A DNA stretch of 64,000 bases. It comes from Antedon mediterranea (lineage: Eukaryota; Animalia; Echinodermata). Every line of letters begins with the position of its first letter. Position 1 is the first letter of the stretch. The notes beneath the pieces were generated by a model. The model searched no databases, had not been told where the DNA came from, and worked only from the letters and a program-made list of their open reading frames with translations. Both the position numbers and the translations under genes were made by a program. Positions 1 to 10,900 of this stretch are shown one piece after another. The DNA is taken from NCBI RefSeq assembly GCF_964355755.1, contig NC_092675.1, positions 9,667,812 to 9,731,811 of the forward strand, in the 5' to 3' direction.

Positions 1-200
1 ATATGGTAAAGTTATTACCATAGCTGAACCTAGGTAACTTATATGGTAAAGTTAATACCAAAGCTGAACCTAGGTAATTTATATTGTAAAGTTAATACCA
101 TAGCTGAACCTAGGTAATTTATCTGGTAAAGTTAATACCATAGCTGAACCCTGGCAATTTATATGGTAAAGTTATTACCAAAGCTGAACCTAGGTAATTT
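1..200. repeat. Minisatellite, ~40-bp unit x ~5 (window starts inside it), intronic to LRPAP1
   Basis: Unit ATATGGTAAAGTTA(T/A)TACCATAGCTGAACCTAGGTAA(C/T)TT repeats at 1, 41, 81, 121 and 161. Each unit has an internal hairpin (ATGGTAA...TTACCAT). No unique spacers. Confidence 0.95.
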
Positions 201-286
201 GGTAATGTAAGTAATTGATATGGTAAATTTGTAGCAAGATGCATGAATCCATATTTGTTAATTCATTTATATATTTATTTGTATAG

Positions 287-3200
287 AAATAATGAAAAAG
301 CACAACATAGTACCTAAAGACAAACCAAACAAGCAGACACCAACTAAAGACAAACCATTTGACGACAAACGCTTGAATGAACTTTGGAAAAAGACACTTG
401 ATGGTATTTATAAACTTTAATATTATTGTAAATGTGGTCTTGTAGACGATAGAATTGCGAGTCGTGGATTTACATCCCCTACAAGTTAATAGACATAAAA
501 TACCGACTATGCATTAAACGCAAATTCCAGGCCAAAAAGAGTAGTGGGAGGTGCCATTTTATCATGAATTATATGTGCGAGAGTACCATTTCCGACCATC
601 CAAGGGTGTCATTTTCCTTTGGCCATGGTTAGAAGCCCATCCCTGCTCTCCATGTGTTCCAACTTGCAGGTTGGAATACATGTATAGAGTGCACCGTCTT
701 TCAGATGAGACGTTAAGCCATTGGTCACGTGTGCAACATGGCTTATGTGCACATTAGAAAACGCAGTACACTCTTTGAAAAAGAGGTGTACTGCCCAATT
801 CACCACCAAGGACCCCACCGGAACAAGTCTACAGACTTGAAACCTCAAATTATTAGTTGTCTAATAATAACAGGATTTTTATTGCGCACATAGCACTCAA
901 GAGTGCTCAAGGTGCATTTAAAAAATAAAAAAACAAATCATAAAAATTCCTGACAAATAAAATGCAATTTCTTTGGAGGGTCCCCATCCGTTCTTGTTCT
1001 GTCGAGGTCCCGGACCCCTACCTAGGTGACCAAACAAAGGAGCAGGATACGCATTTGCCTTGCCACAGAAGACCAGGTGCTCAGAGACAACAAACAAGAC
1101 AGAGGCACCCCAAAGATAATGCTGGCCAGGAAATAGTATATTATACAATTCTAAGTCTAGAACTTTAAGAAACCTCATGATTTCCATATGCCTTAATGAA
1201 TAAATGTGTTTTTAATACTTTTTAAAAAGTATCAACAGTTTTAGCAAAATCTTATAGAGCTTGGTAGAGCATTCCATAGATGAGGAGTAGTAACGGTGAA
1301 AGCTCTGTCTCCCCATGAGTGGTGAGACTTAGGCTGAATGTAGAAGCATTTCCTTTATTTCGGATAGTACATACAGTATACACAATATATAAACCAAAAA
1401 GAGACACAATTTCAACTGGAATTTAGCAATGGCATCTTCCACAAAAACCACCTAAAATGTTGCACAAATGCTGATGCAGTTTGATTGTGGAAGTACATTA
1501 ACTATGGTTTTAAATAGACTATTTAGTTTGCACACATCACAACTTCACTGATTTTGAGTGATATATTGAAGTTGAATCCTTTTTTTTTTTATTTACAGCT
1601 CAACATTTTGATGATAATGAGGTTAAAATAATGAAACAACAACTGAAGATTCATCAGGAAAAAATCAATCAGTACCAGGAGTTAGTTGATGACCTTTATG
1701 GAGAAAGTTAGTAGTTAATTTTTTACAAGGATAGCTCTAACAGCTACCCAACTCAAGTAATAGTAGTGGTGTCCACTTTGAACCCTTCCATGATAGTGGT
1801 GTAAAGCTCTGTCTACACTATCAAACTAGTTTGATAAGCCCAAAATGGTAGTGATATGACATCATCATGTCCATATATGGGCACATCACTTTTTTTTGTC
1901 GCATAATGTTTTATATTGTAGACAGAGCTTAGTGTACCAAGGTACTATATGTACACAGGACCAATAGCTTTACATGCCATCAGAAAGATGCAATGGGAGT
2001 AAAGCATCTCGCCAAGGGTGTAATCAGTATGGAACAGATAGGCTTGAACCCATGCGTATCACAAGCTAGTTCAATATTATCATTACACCTTTACTCTCCG
2101 GTATATACAGCACCCGACGTGATTCCCAGACAGTCTCCCATCCAGAATGCAACTAATGTTGCTTAACTTTGGTAATCTGATGAGAACCAGTTTTTTAACA
2201 CAGTATGGCCATAGATTGACTTCTGAGTTTAACCTTTTATTCTAGATTCTCACCCAGCCGCTGTGCAAGCCAAGCGAAACAATGCTGTAGATAAGGATGA
2301 ATTTCAAGCAAGAGAGATGGACCTTAAGTTACAACACAAAAGGCTAAACAAGGACTTCCAGACACTCAATGTCAAAACGATTCCCGAAGAGGAAAGAGGG
2401 GGCTTCAACGAGCCAAGGATCATAAATTTCTGGAAAGACGCTCAAAAAACTAACTTCACAGAGGAAGAATTGATCTCTCTAAAAGTTAGTTCATTGTCAA
2501 GAGTCAAGATTGTTGCTTGACAAATTTAAGAGATGGAGTTGATGGTTTTTTTAGAAGTATCTTTGTGTTGTGTTGTATAATAATAGTCAGAATCAGTGGT
2601 TATAGTTGAGGTGCTCTTGGTGATAATTGTGATTGCTGTTGTGATGATTTTATAATCATATTTTTAAATAGCATGACTGTTTTGTGATACTTGATTTAGT
2701 ATTTTACATTTTCTAAATAAAATTTTCAGACATCAATAGTGTTTTCTACTTTTGTAGAAATAGATATAAATGTTCTTGGTTTATCATTCAGGCAACTTAA
2801 AGCTCAGATACAGGCATGACTTTTAAATATGATATTTGGTTAATTGTACATAAATCAAATATTTGTAATAGAAATCAAGATGATAAATGAATGAATATCC
2901 CTTAAAATGGTCAAATACGAAATTTGGCAAAATTCTGCTAAAAAAACAGGAAGACATTTTTTTTCAGTAGTTAGGTAGTTTAACCTAATACAATATCATG
3001 TCTGGTGACTCCCTAGAAGGTGAAAATAGAAGGTGGATATACGGTGGCTAATTTTTGCTCTAGCATGAAAATAAAACTCTGAAGTTAAATAAAAATACTA
3101 GAAATGCAAAATTCAAGTTATATTACCTATATTTAGTCATCCACACCGTTTATTTTTCATAGTTTTTTTTTAAACGCCTCTCTATTTACAACATTTGTGT

Positions 3201-4553
3201 ACAAAAGAATAGAGATTTTACTATGTAACTACACCCCCACTGATAAGAAAGTGCTTATTTTCACCATTACAAGCCTGTGTAACACATTATGAAACATAGG
3301 GGAAACTATAGTAATTATTGGAATGTATGATCAATAGAAAACTTTGTTTTGGAGATAATTTTGGCGATAATTTTGGCGATTTATGTTTTGGAAGCTAAAT
3401 TTCAAGATAGAGTCCAGTTTTGTGAGAGTTGTCATTTTTGTATATTTAAGTTTTTCCATAACTCTGCCCTTTCAAGATCTTATATCCATTTGATATCAAC
3501 CTAACTGTTCTCCGCTCCTTCACTGATAAACTCACTCTCCTAACTTTTTCCACAGGGCATTTTCTGTTCGCTGCACCTTTCCTTTGGAATCCACTGCCTT
3601 ATTGTATACGTAATTCTTCTATGTTGAAATATCTGTTCTGTTTATATCTGTTCTTAAAACCCACCATTTCAATTGTAAACGCTGTGAGACCTTTTGGTAA
3701 GAGCACCTTTAAATATTCATATATAATAATATTATTTTTATAATATTGTGTTTAATTATATAATTTCTCTTGTATACATCTAGGAAGAGTTGAGACATTT
3801 TGAGGGAAAACTAATGAAGTATGATACAATGCAAGAAGAAGCAATGTATGCTGAACGAACATATAAGAAGAAGAAAATGAATGGAGAGAAGGTTGATATG
3901 AAGAAACACACAGCCATGAGGGAGAAGGTTAAGGATATAGGAAACTCTGTAAGGTTTTATGTTGTCACCAGGAGTTTTTCACACCAGTTGTGGCACGGTT
4001 CCTGTCTAGCGGCAAATCAAATTGAACAAATGTTTCGTTTTCACAATGCTCCATGCAAGTATGCACCAAACGATGTGTGCATAGCCACGTGAAAACGAAA
4101 CATTGATGTTTGACATTCTATTTGATTTGCTGGTTCGGGACTGAAACCATGCCGGAACAGGTGTGAAAGACCCTTTCATCAGGAGTTAATGTACTATGGG
4201 ACCACATCCCACACCTCCCAAACCGTATTGACAAAAAGCAAAAAATGTGTTGGTGATGCATTCTGAACATTTGCTATGTTTTGGCCACACGTTTATAAAC
4301 TCTTGATATTTAATTTTAACAAGTTAGTACTTCATAGATATTCCTTTTTTTACCCAATTCCAATACTTCTACCACATTGTATTATTTATTGTAGCTGTCA
4401 AAGTGAATTTGTTTCTGTTTTGTCTGTCGACTTTCTATTGCACCCAAATGATAATCACTTTTATATTCTATTTTTATTGTCTAGGTCAAGAAATTTTTCA
4501 CTTCTATGAAAGAGAAGATATCTAGTAGAAAACAACAGCATAACGAATTGTAA
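287..4553 (+). CDS. LRPAP1: LDL-receptor-related protein-associated protein 1 (RAP), 3' part; 5' exons lie outside the window
   Basis: Phase-consistent GT-AG exons: 287-403 (..KPFDDKRLNELWKKTLD), 1599-1706 (HFDDNEVKIMKQQLKIHQEKINQYQELV), 2246-2484 (..FNEPRIINFWKDAQKTNFTEEELISLK), 3784-3948 (EELRHFEGKLMKY..), 4485-4553 (VKKFFTSMKEKISSRKQQHNEL*). These match the RAP D2/D3 motifs and the C-terminal HNEL ER-retention signal. Confidence 0.93.
435..850 (+). mobile_element. Degenerate SINE with Deu/Nin-like central domain
   Basis: CCGTCTTTCAGATGAGACGTTAAGCCATTGGTCACGTGTG...GTGCACATTAGAAAACGCAGTACACTCTTTGAAAAAGAG (~694-785) resembles the remembered Nin/Deu SINE core. Boundaries are approximate. Confidence 0.55.
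860..1340 (-). mobile_element. L2/CR1-like LINE 3' fragments
   Basis: On the minus strand, GGAGACAGAGCTTTCACCGTTACTACTCCTCATCTATGGAATGCTCTACCA (GDRAF...P.LWNALP-like) and an L2-type tail near 865-920. Confidence 0.55.
1760..2100 (-). mobile_element. tRNA-headed SINE body with Deu/Nin-like core, interrupted by a MITE
   Basis: Minus strand shows a B-box-like GGGTTCAAGCC (2051-2041), then CCCTTGGCGAGATGCTTTACTCCCATTGCATCTTTCTGATGGCATGTAAAGCTATTGGTCCTGTGT, the same core as the copy at ~694-785. Confidence 0.55.
1805..1929. mobile_element. MITE (PIF/Harbinger-like), family A copy 1
   Basis: TIRs AGCTCTGTCTACACTATCAAA / TTTATATTGTAGACAGAGCT with TAA/TAG flanks. Same family as 61792-61938, in the opposite orientation. 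Confidence 0.85.
2103..2215 (-). pseudogene. 5S rRNA-derived sequence (pseudogene or SINE3-type head)
   Basis: Reverse complement TCTATGGCCATACTGTGTTAAAAAACTGGTTCTCATCAGATTACCAAAGTTAAGCAACATTAG..GGATGGGAGACTGTCTGGGAATCACGTCGGGTGCTGTA is colinear with invertebrate 5S rRNA. It has many CpG->TpG/CpA changes, a deletion and no oligo-T terminator. Confidence 0.88.
3475..3735 (+). mobile_element. L2-like LINE 3' end fragment
   Basis: RAFSV.AP.LWN.LP-like remnant (GGGCATTTTCTGTTCGCTGCACCTTTCCTTTGGAATCCACTGCCT), an LKTH.F-like stretch, then TGTAAACGCTGTGAGACC.. and an (AAT)n tail. Confidence 0.6.
3970..4174. mobile_element. Foldback MITE
   Basis: Long imperfect inverted repeats: TTTCACACCAGTTGTGGCACGGTT / AACCATGCCGGAACAGGTGTGAAA and ATGTTTCGTTTTCAC / GTGAAAACGAAACAT. 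Confidence 0.75.
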
Positions 4554-4762
4554 TATGAAATCTCTTCAATTGAAAGTACATCAACTTGATTCAAGTCTCT
4601 TCAAAATCAGCGATCCATATTCAGTTCTTTTCGCTGTGAAAATTTCATATTTTACATTCTGCCCACCAATTCATTATGTATTCAAAAATCCGTAACCTTG
4701 ACTGCCTTATTAATTGATACACAAGCAAGGTTGTACTAGGTGGTTTGATTTGATGGTAATCA

Positions 4763-4990
4763 CCATACTCTATTTATTTGAATAAATGCTACACTTTGAA
4801 TAAACACCCCCCTCAAATAAATGTCCCCCATAGAACATTGTTTGGAATAAACTGCACCTTCAAATAACCGCCCCGCCACATGCATTACATACATTATTTG
4901 TATGACAACACATTTCTATTTGTAGTAGGATTCATTGATTGACATGATCTACAATTCACCAAGCATCTTGATATTGATTTTTATGATATT
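4763..4990. mobile_element. Partial copy of the TA-flanked MITE at 10147-10554 (inverted)
   Basis: ACACATTTCTATTTGTAGTAGGATTCATTGATTGACATGATCTACAATT closely matches the reverse complement of ~10316-10365, and the copy shares the GAATAAAC subterminal repeats. Confidence 0.75.
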
Positions 4991-7439
4991 AATGTGTGTT
5001 TTAAATAGTTACCCTTCAACTTAAGACGAAACATCAGTTTTTCCTTTTATTAAATCTATTATAGAAAATGTATTCTTATCTACAGTATTGATATCGTCAT
5101 TCATTATTATCCATAGTATAAATAAGCCTTAAAGCTAATATCCATCAGTATGTAGTAAACATTTAAAATAGCTACAGAAGATGACCCAAACGTTCATTAT
5201 AATACAATTATAATAAAAATATAATTCTTAAAATATTTATTTTTTTATAATCCTTTTGTAGTATCTTAATATATTTTATACTGTGTAATATAGTTTTAGT
5301 ATTTTAGTAAATCTTTAGTACCTTTTGTAATTTGCTGAAATTTATTTTTGTGTACTTTTATGCTTATTTATAAGTGTCTTTACATCTTGCCTAATATTTT
5401 ATTAAAACCTATTACAATAAATTAAATGCTAAGCAACTGAGCGAAATACTTGGCGAAATAGAGAGAACAGAGGGCGTTCTATTTATCATTTTGGCCCATG
5501 TTGAAGATAAAAATAACGTCACCAATATATTGATTTTTCTGAAAATTAGTAGGCATGTTCTTAGTTACAACTAACACCCAATAATTCCGGACGATAACTT
5601 AAAAATTGTGAACGTTATTGTGCAAACCAACAAAGCAAGTACTATACTACTAACAAACATTCTATTTTGCCATGTAATTAATGGGTATTTGTCCTGTTAT
5701 TTTATTTAATTTGATTTAACACCACATTCAAAATGGCATAGCTCGTAAATGACCCACCCTGTTTTATAGCTCACTAGTCAAAACATTTTCATTATGATAT
5801 CTGGTAGGATCAACGAGGTATAGCTAACATTATTGAAAAACTACCCAAAGATTTGTATCCAAGAAAATATATTTTGTAATAATACGATATATACAAGGTG
5901 TTGGGAATAGATTATGCAAGTTTAATAATGATAGAATAGTAAACCCTCTAAAAATGATATTGCTGAAACACATTTTTAGGATATATTGTATTGTCAATTA
6001 TAAAGCAATTTAAATCTGAATGTTTTAATATTAAATAAAAATAATATTGCAGTTGTACCTGTTTTTAAGGTAACAGGATATTTGAGAGTGGTTTTTAGTT
6101 TAAAAGGTTAATTTTAAAGTCTGTTTTTACGCAAACCTATAGCTTTTTATATATTTATGCATATTATTTATAATTCCATCTGCAAAAAAAGCTTGAGAAT
6201 ATTCAGTTTGTTGAATAAATGCATCTAATGGAAACTAGACTAGGTGCATGTATGCAGTCTGGTTTGGTAAAAGTCATCCATACAAGATTGTCCTGATTCT
6301 GATACAAAATGTTTATTTACAGGGTGTATTGTTTTGATAGATACGTATTATTGTCTGTAGATAGCAAATGCTGATCATCCTGCTCCGCAGTGACCATACA
6401 TAAAGCACAGATACCTTTTGGAGTGATTCATGCACTGATAATACACAACAGTTTACCTTTAATTTAATGAATTTACAATTGTTATCAATCAATATAACTG
6501 CACCAATGATTGTCATGTGTTAATTATATATCATGTTTTTTCTTGTTGCCATGTTCTGAAATCCTGTCATATCCTTCAAACAATTTGAATGAAATATGAT
6601 AAATGTTAACATGCATAATTTATACAGCCTTTTCTTTTAGAAAAGACCAGTCAATATAAAGCCTATAAATGTTTACATTATTTAGTTGAGGTGGATGATA
6701 ATATGTCAGATATACCTTTTAGTGTCATAGTACTTTATGAATAACATTCCATAGATAGTATAATAAATTAAATTCTAATATAGAATATCTATTGTGTTTT
6801 ATTATTTTAATTGTTTTCAACTATATTGCTATAGTATAATTTAATCATCAATCAATTGCAAAATGTAGTGAATTAGTGTCAGAATCATGGACGAATATAG
6901 CACAGATGAGGATGCAATGATCATACAACCAAAACCAAATTTAAATTTATTGTTTTTATGTTGAATATTGGTTTTTATTTACCATTATTAAAAATATATG
7001 AAAAATGAAATGCAGAAACAAATTTATATACATATGAAATGTTATGTTTAACTTAGTTGACAGTTTAAAAACTTTACCATATTTTGTATCTATTTGTGAA
7101 AGCACATTATTTTCCCCTTTAAAAAATGTAGGAGTCCGTGAATTATCTGCTGCATAAATTGCAACCTATGACCTTTTGAACCAGGAAATCTTGCAGTTGT
7201 TGCTATTCTGTCGGAAAGTGACTCAAGAATAAGATAATATGTAACTTGTATTTTTAATTTATACACTTAATATAATCTTTGGAAAAGTGTCTTGATGTAT
7301 TTCAGTTCTTTTATTCGATCTCAAGGTCTTCCATTTGGTCAGCTCTTACAGGTCAGTATTAATTATGCAGCATGTTTCGGTTTTTACCCGTTCGTGCGAC
7401 TATAAAAATTATGATTGTGGTAGCTTACATTACATAGTG

Positions 7440-7540
7440 CAGTAAGCTAGGTAAATATTTACAAGTTCTTCCTATCTCTCTGTCCATGACTGGCTGCAGG
7501 CGGAAGTAATCTGCACGTCTAAATTAACTTCTGTCGGTAT
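7440..7540 (+). promoter_or_regulatory. Candidate promoter / non-coding first exon of the BCAP-like gene
   Basis: Local CpG-richer patch with an ETS-type GGCGGAAGT (7499-7507), upstream of the acceptor at 7840 and ATG at 7913. Possible donor CG|GTATTT at ~7536. Confidence 0.4.
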
Positions 7541-7912
7541 TTACCGAAGTATTTTAATATATAAAATAATTTAGGCATGTTTATGCCTCCTTGCAAAATG
7601 ATATCACTAGGTACCACCAGACAGAATTTTAAAAGCTGTCTCTCCAACTGACTGTTGAGTCATCATATGATACTGAATGACGGTATGACCTGATATAGTT
7701 TTACCTCATTTTAGGTAGGCTATTTTAATACCAACCTAGGTTATAAGTTGACTTACCAGCTAGATCCTGCATGATTATAAAGTTTCCTCAAAGGCGTTTT
7801 CATCTTTCAAATCCTGTTTTATAATTATTTTTTTTTTCAGATTAATTTAATCATCTAATTTAACCCACAAACAACTGACTTACGATACGTTGCCTCAACA
7901 TTTTTATTCACG

Positions 7913-10900
7913 ATGGCGTCAATGGGACAGTCGGACGGTATGTACATTTTTTGTATTCTATTTCCTTTATAGATTATAACAATGTAGGTCTAGGCTAAAA
8001 TAGTGTTTTGTATGGCCCACATTTATTTAAATTTTGTTAAATACTGTAAAAATAATTAATTAATAATCTAATTAACCCTACTAGTCTACTAGCTTCGAAA
8101 AGTAAAAGTGAAATTAACCAATCAACACACCTTATTGCAAATATCACAAAATGCATTTATTTTCTTTTAATACAATTTTGTAAATATGAATGCAGAACAT
8201 GAATATTTTCTTTCTTTTTAATTTGTGTACAAACTTTTATTCACAACTAAAGTCGAGGCTATACAAACTGTACAATCACAGGGAATATTAAAATGTTGTG
8301 ATACAGTGAGTAACACTTAATTAAAACACAAATTAGCTGAAACATTATTAATATTCCAGCTTTTAAATGTTTTATAATTCTCACATTGTTCTAAATTTCA
8401 TTGTTCAAGAACTCGAAGTAATATATAGAATTGAAATCAGCTTTAAATAGAATTAATTAAAATGAATAATTCTAATTACTGTACAGTACAAGTTTTTCAT
8501 TCAAGTTATATTTTCAAAAAGATAATTTACTGGATTTAGATTGACAGTTATACCCAGGCAATCTGAAGTAGGGAATTATTTTTGAATTCCCTTGTACATT
8601 AATTGTTCGTAGTTACATGATAAGGTTTATTTACCAAGCAAGTTTAAAACACCTTTGTCTTATCTGACAAAGTGACATGTAATTGTAATTATCTAATAAT
8701 AAATTATCCAACATTTTTGGGGAATTCCCTATTTTTTAAATTCAAGCAAGGATATAGCCAATCATCTTGACATCCACACAGTGGCCTACAATAAGGTTAT
8801 GTACTGTATTTAAATTTGGACTTGGCAAAACATTTTTAATCTATTTATTATATTTATGATTAGCTTCTTTATATATTAATAGTATCTATTTCAATAATGT
8901 GTCCCATACAACGATCTTGATTACGATTATATTACATAATTAGTTTTATGGTCCCATCATTAGTAGTATGGACATTTTATGCATTATGGATTCTTCTCAT
9001 TATCAATATAACAATATGAAAATTCTAACCATTCCACTTTATAGTATAAAATATCTGCCATTATTTATGTCTATTGAATAAGATATTAGGTTATAGATAA
9101 AGTTTACTTTGAGAGATGAGAATGATTAAAGTTGAAACTTAAATTTGAAGTTTAAGCTGAAAGGTTGAAAGAATTAAATGCGTATAGTACTGTATGCTGG
9201 ATACATGGTTTAACAACCAACAAAATGAGTGTCAGAATTAAATACATTAAAAAAAAAATACAAATGATTTTTTAATTTTCAGATGTTCCATTTGATTTAA
9301 CTATACTATTTTTTGATGATGCGTTCCAGTGGTGCGAGTATCTTTTTGACCTTTTCCAGGCGTATGACCTAACGCAGAACTCGGAACGAATTAATGACTT
9401 TCCTACAAACGAGGTAACATTAAGCAATATCAAACGTTCCTTTGTGCAATTAGTAATCATATCTCCGCAATGCGTTGAAAGCTGCTCCACGATGATTGAA
9501 CAAGTAACAATGTCAAATTCCACCATTGGTTTGATATGTGGCACAAATGAGGAGGATATTGAACTATTGTACAAGAGAATTCCATCAGCGAAATCTTGGA
9601 AATTGGTCGATACAACTGCTAAGTCGATTGTTACTGAAACAATGACCATGATAAAGCAACCGCAAATTTATGAAAGTAATGAAGAACTTCTTTCGGAAGC
9701 ATACTACATGGAAATGAATAAAGATGATCAGGTTGATCTTTATCTGCCAATGATCGGTGATTCCTCTAACGACATTTATATGGACATGGAGAATCCAAAC
9801 ATGGTAGATGATTCCATTTACGAACATATGGGTACACAACAGTGTAAGTAGATTTACTTTGTGCATAACTAGGAAACGATAGTAGTACTGTAGTAAAGGT
9901 TTGTGGTACACAATGAATACGATACACAGGCTCAAAGTAGATAGGGGAGGGTGAAGCTAGTCAGACACCTCCTCCCTCTATAAATTTTCGGAACTTACAA
10001 TGCAAAAGATAGGAGGCTAAGTTCAGCACTTCTTTTATGTTCATTTAGGCCCATTATTTCAAAATCGGAAATCTGCCACTTTTATTGTAATATTGCAAAA
10101 CTTTAATTTTACTTTAAAGGATTTTGTTGCCATAATAATTATAATACCATATTTATTCAAATAAACACCCCAGAGCGTTTATTGTTCAGGAGGGTTTTTA
10201 GAGAGGCATTTATTCGAGGGAGGCATCTATGCGGAGGAGGCATTTCTTTTTTTTAGGGTGTAATAATGTATAATCAATTAATATTAATAAGTGATAAAAT
10301 ACAATAACATTGGTAAATTGTAGATCATGTCAATCAATGAATTCTACTACAAATAGAAATGTGTAATGTTTATTGTGTATGATATACACAATAAACATTA
10401 CACATTTCTATCATGTTTATTCAAAATAAAATAAACGTCCTTTAAAAAGGCATTTTTTTCAAGTATTGGGGAATGTGGTTGTTTATTACAAATAATGTTC
10501 TATGGGGGAGGGGGTTGTTTATTCAAAGTAGGGCGTTTATTTAAATAAATATGGTATCTAGTGCCATTTTGTTTTGTTGGCTTTTATTGCAAATTCATTT
10601 AAATCACTAGCTGTACAGTACCAATTGTTATATTTGATTGAATTACTTCATACTATCATTTTCCTATATTATTATACAGTCGTTCATGAGCTGTAGAGCA
10701 CTTTGTATTTTTTATTATATGTACAATATATTTATAGTACTTTGTACAATTTTAAGTCAGTTGATTTGTTGTTCTTTTCTTTCCAAATTTAGCCAAAAAT
10801 GTTACAGTTATACCCCGAGTTATACCAAGTACTACGCGTTGTGGGGTGAGTTATTTTTTTAGAAATAAATTCAACCTTTTGTACCACCAACACAAAATTC

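Noticed and set aside
1-200. Hairpin-containing regular repeats resembling a CRISPR array
   Set aside because: Units are head-to-tail with no unique spacers, there are no cas genes, and the context is a eukaryotic intron; it is a minisatellite.
2103-2215. Functional 5S rRNA gene
   Set aside because: Many substitutions, an internal deletion, no oligo-T terminator and a single intronic copy.
5460-7350. Separate gene between LRPAP1 and BCAP
   Set aside because: Only short ORFs with no recognisable motif and no consistent exon chain; probably decayed transposon or intergenic sequence.
9272-9935. Minus-strand ORFs of 125 and 116 aa (also 19508-19807, 33770-34028 and the + ORFs 48089-48346, 49320-49586)
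   Set aside because: They are antisense shadows of real exons of the BCAP-like or Pax genes.
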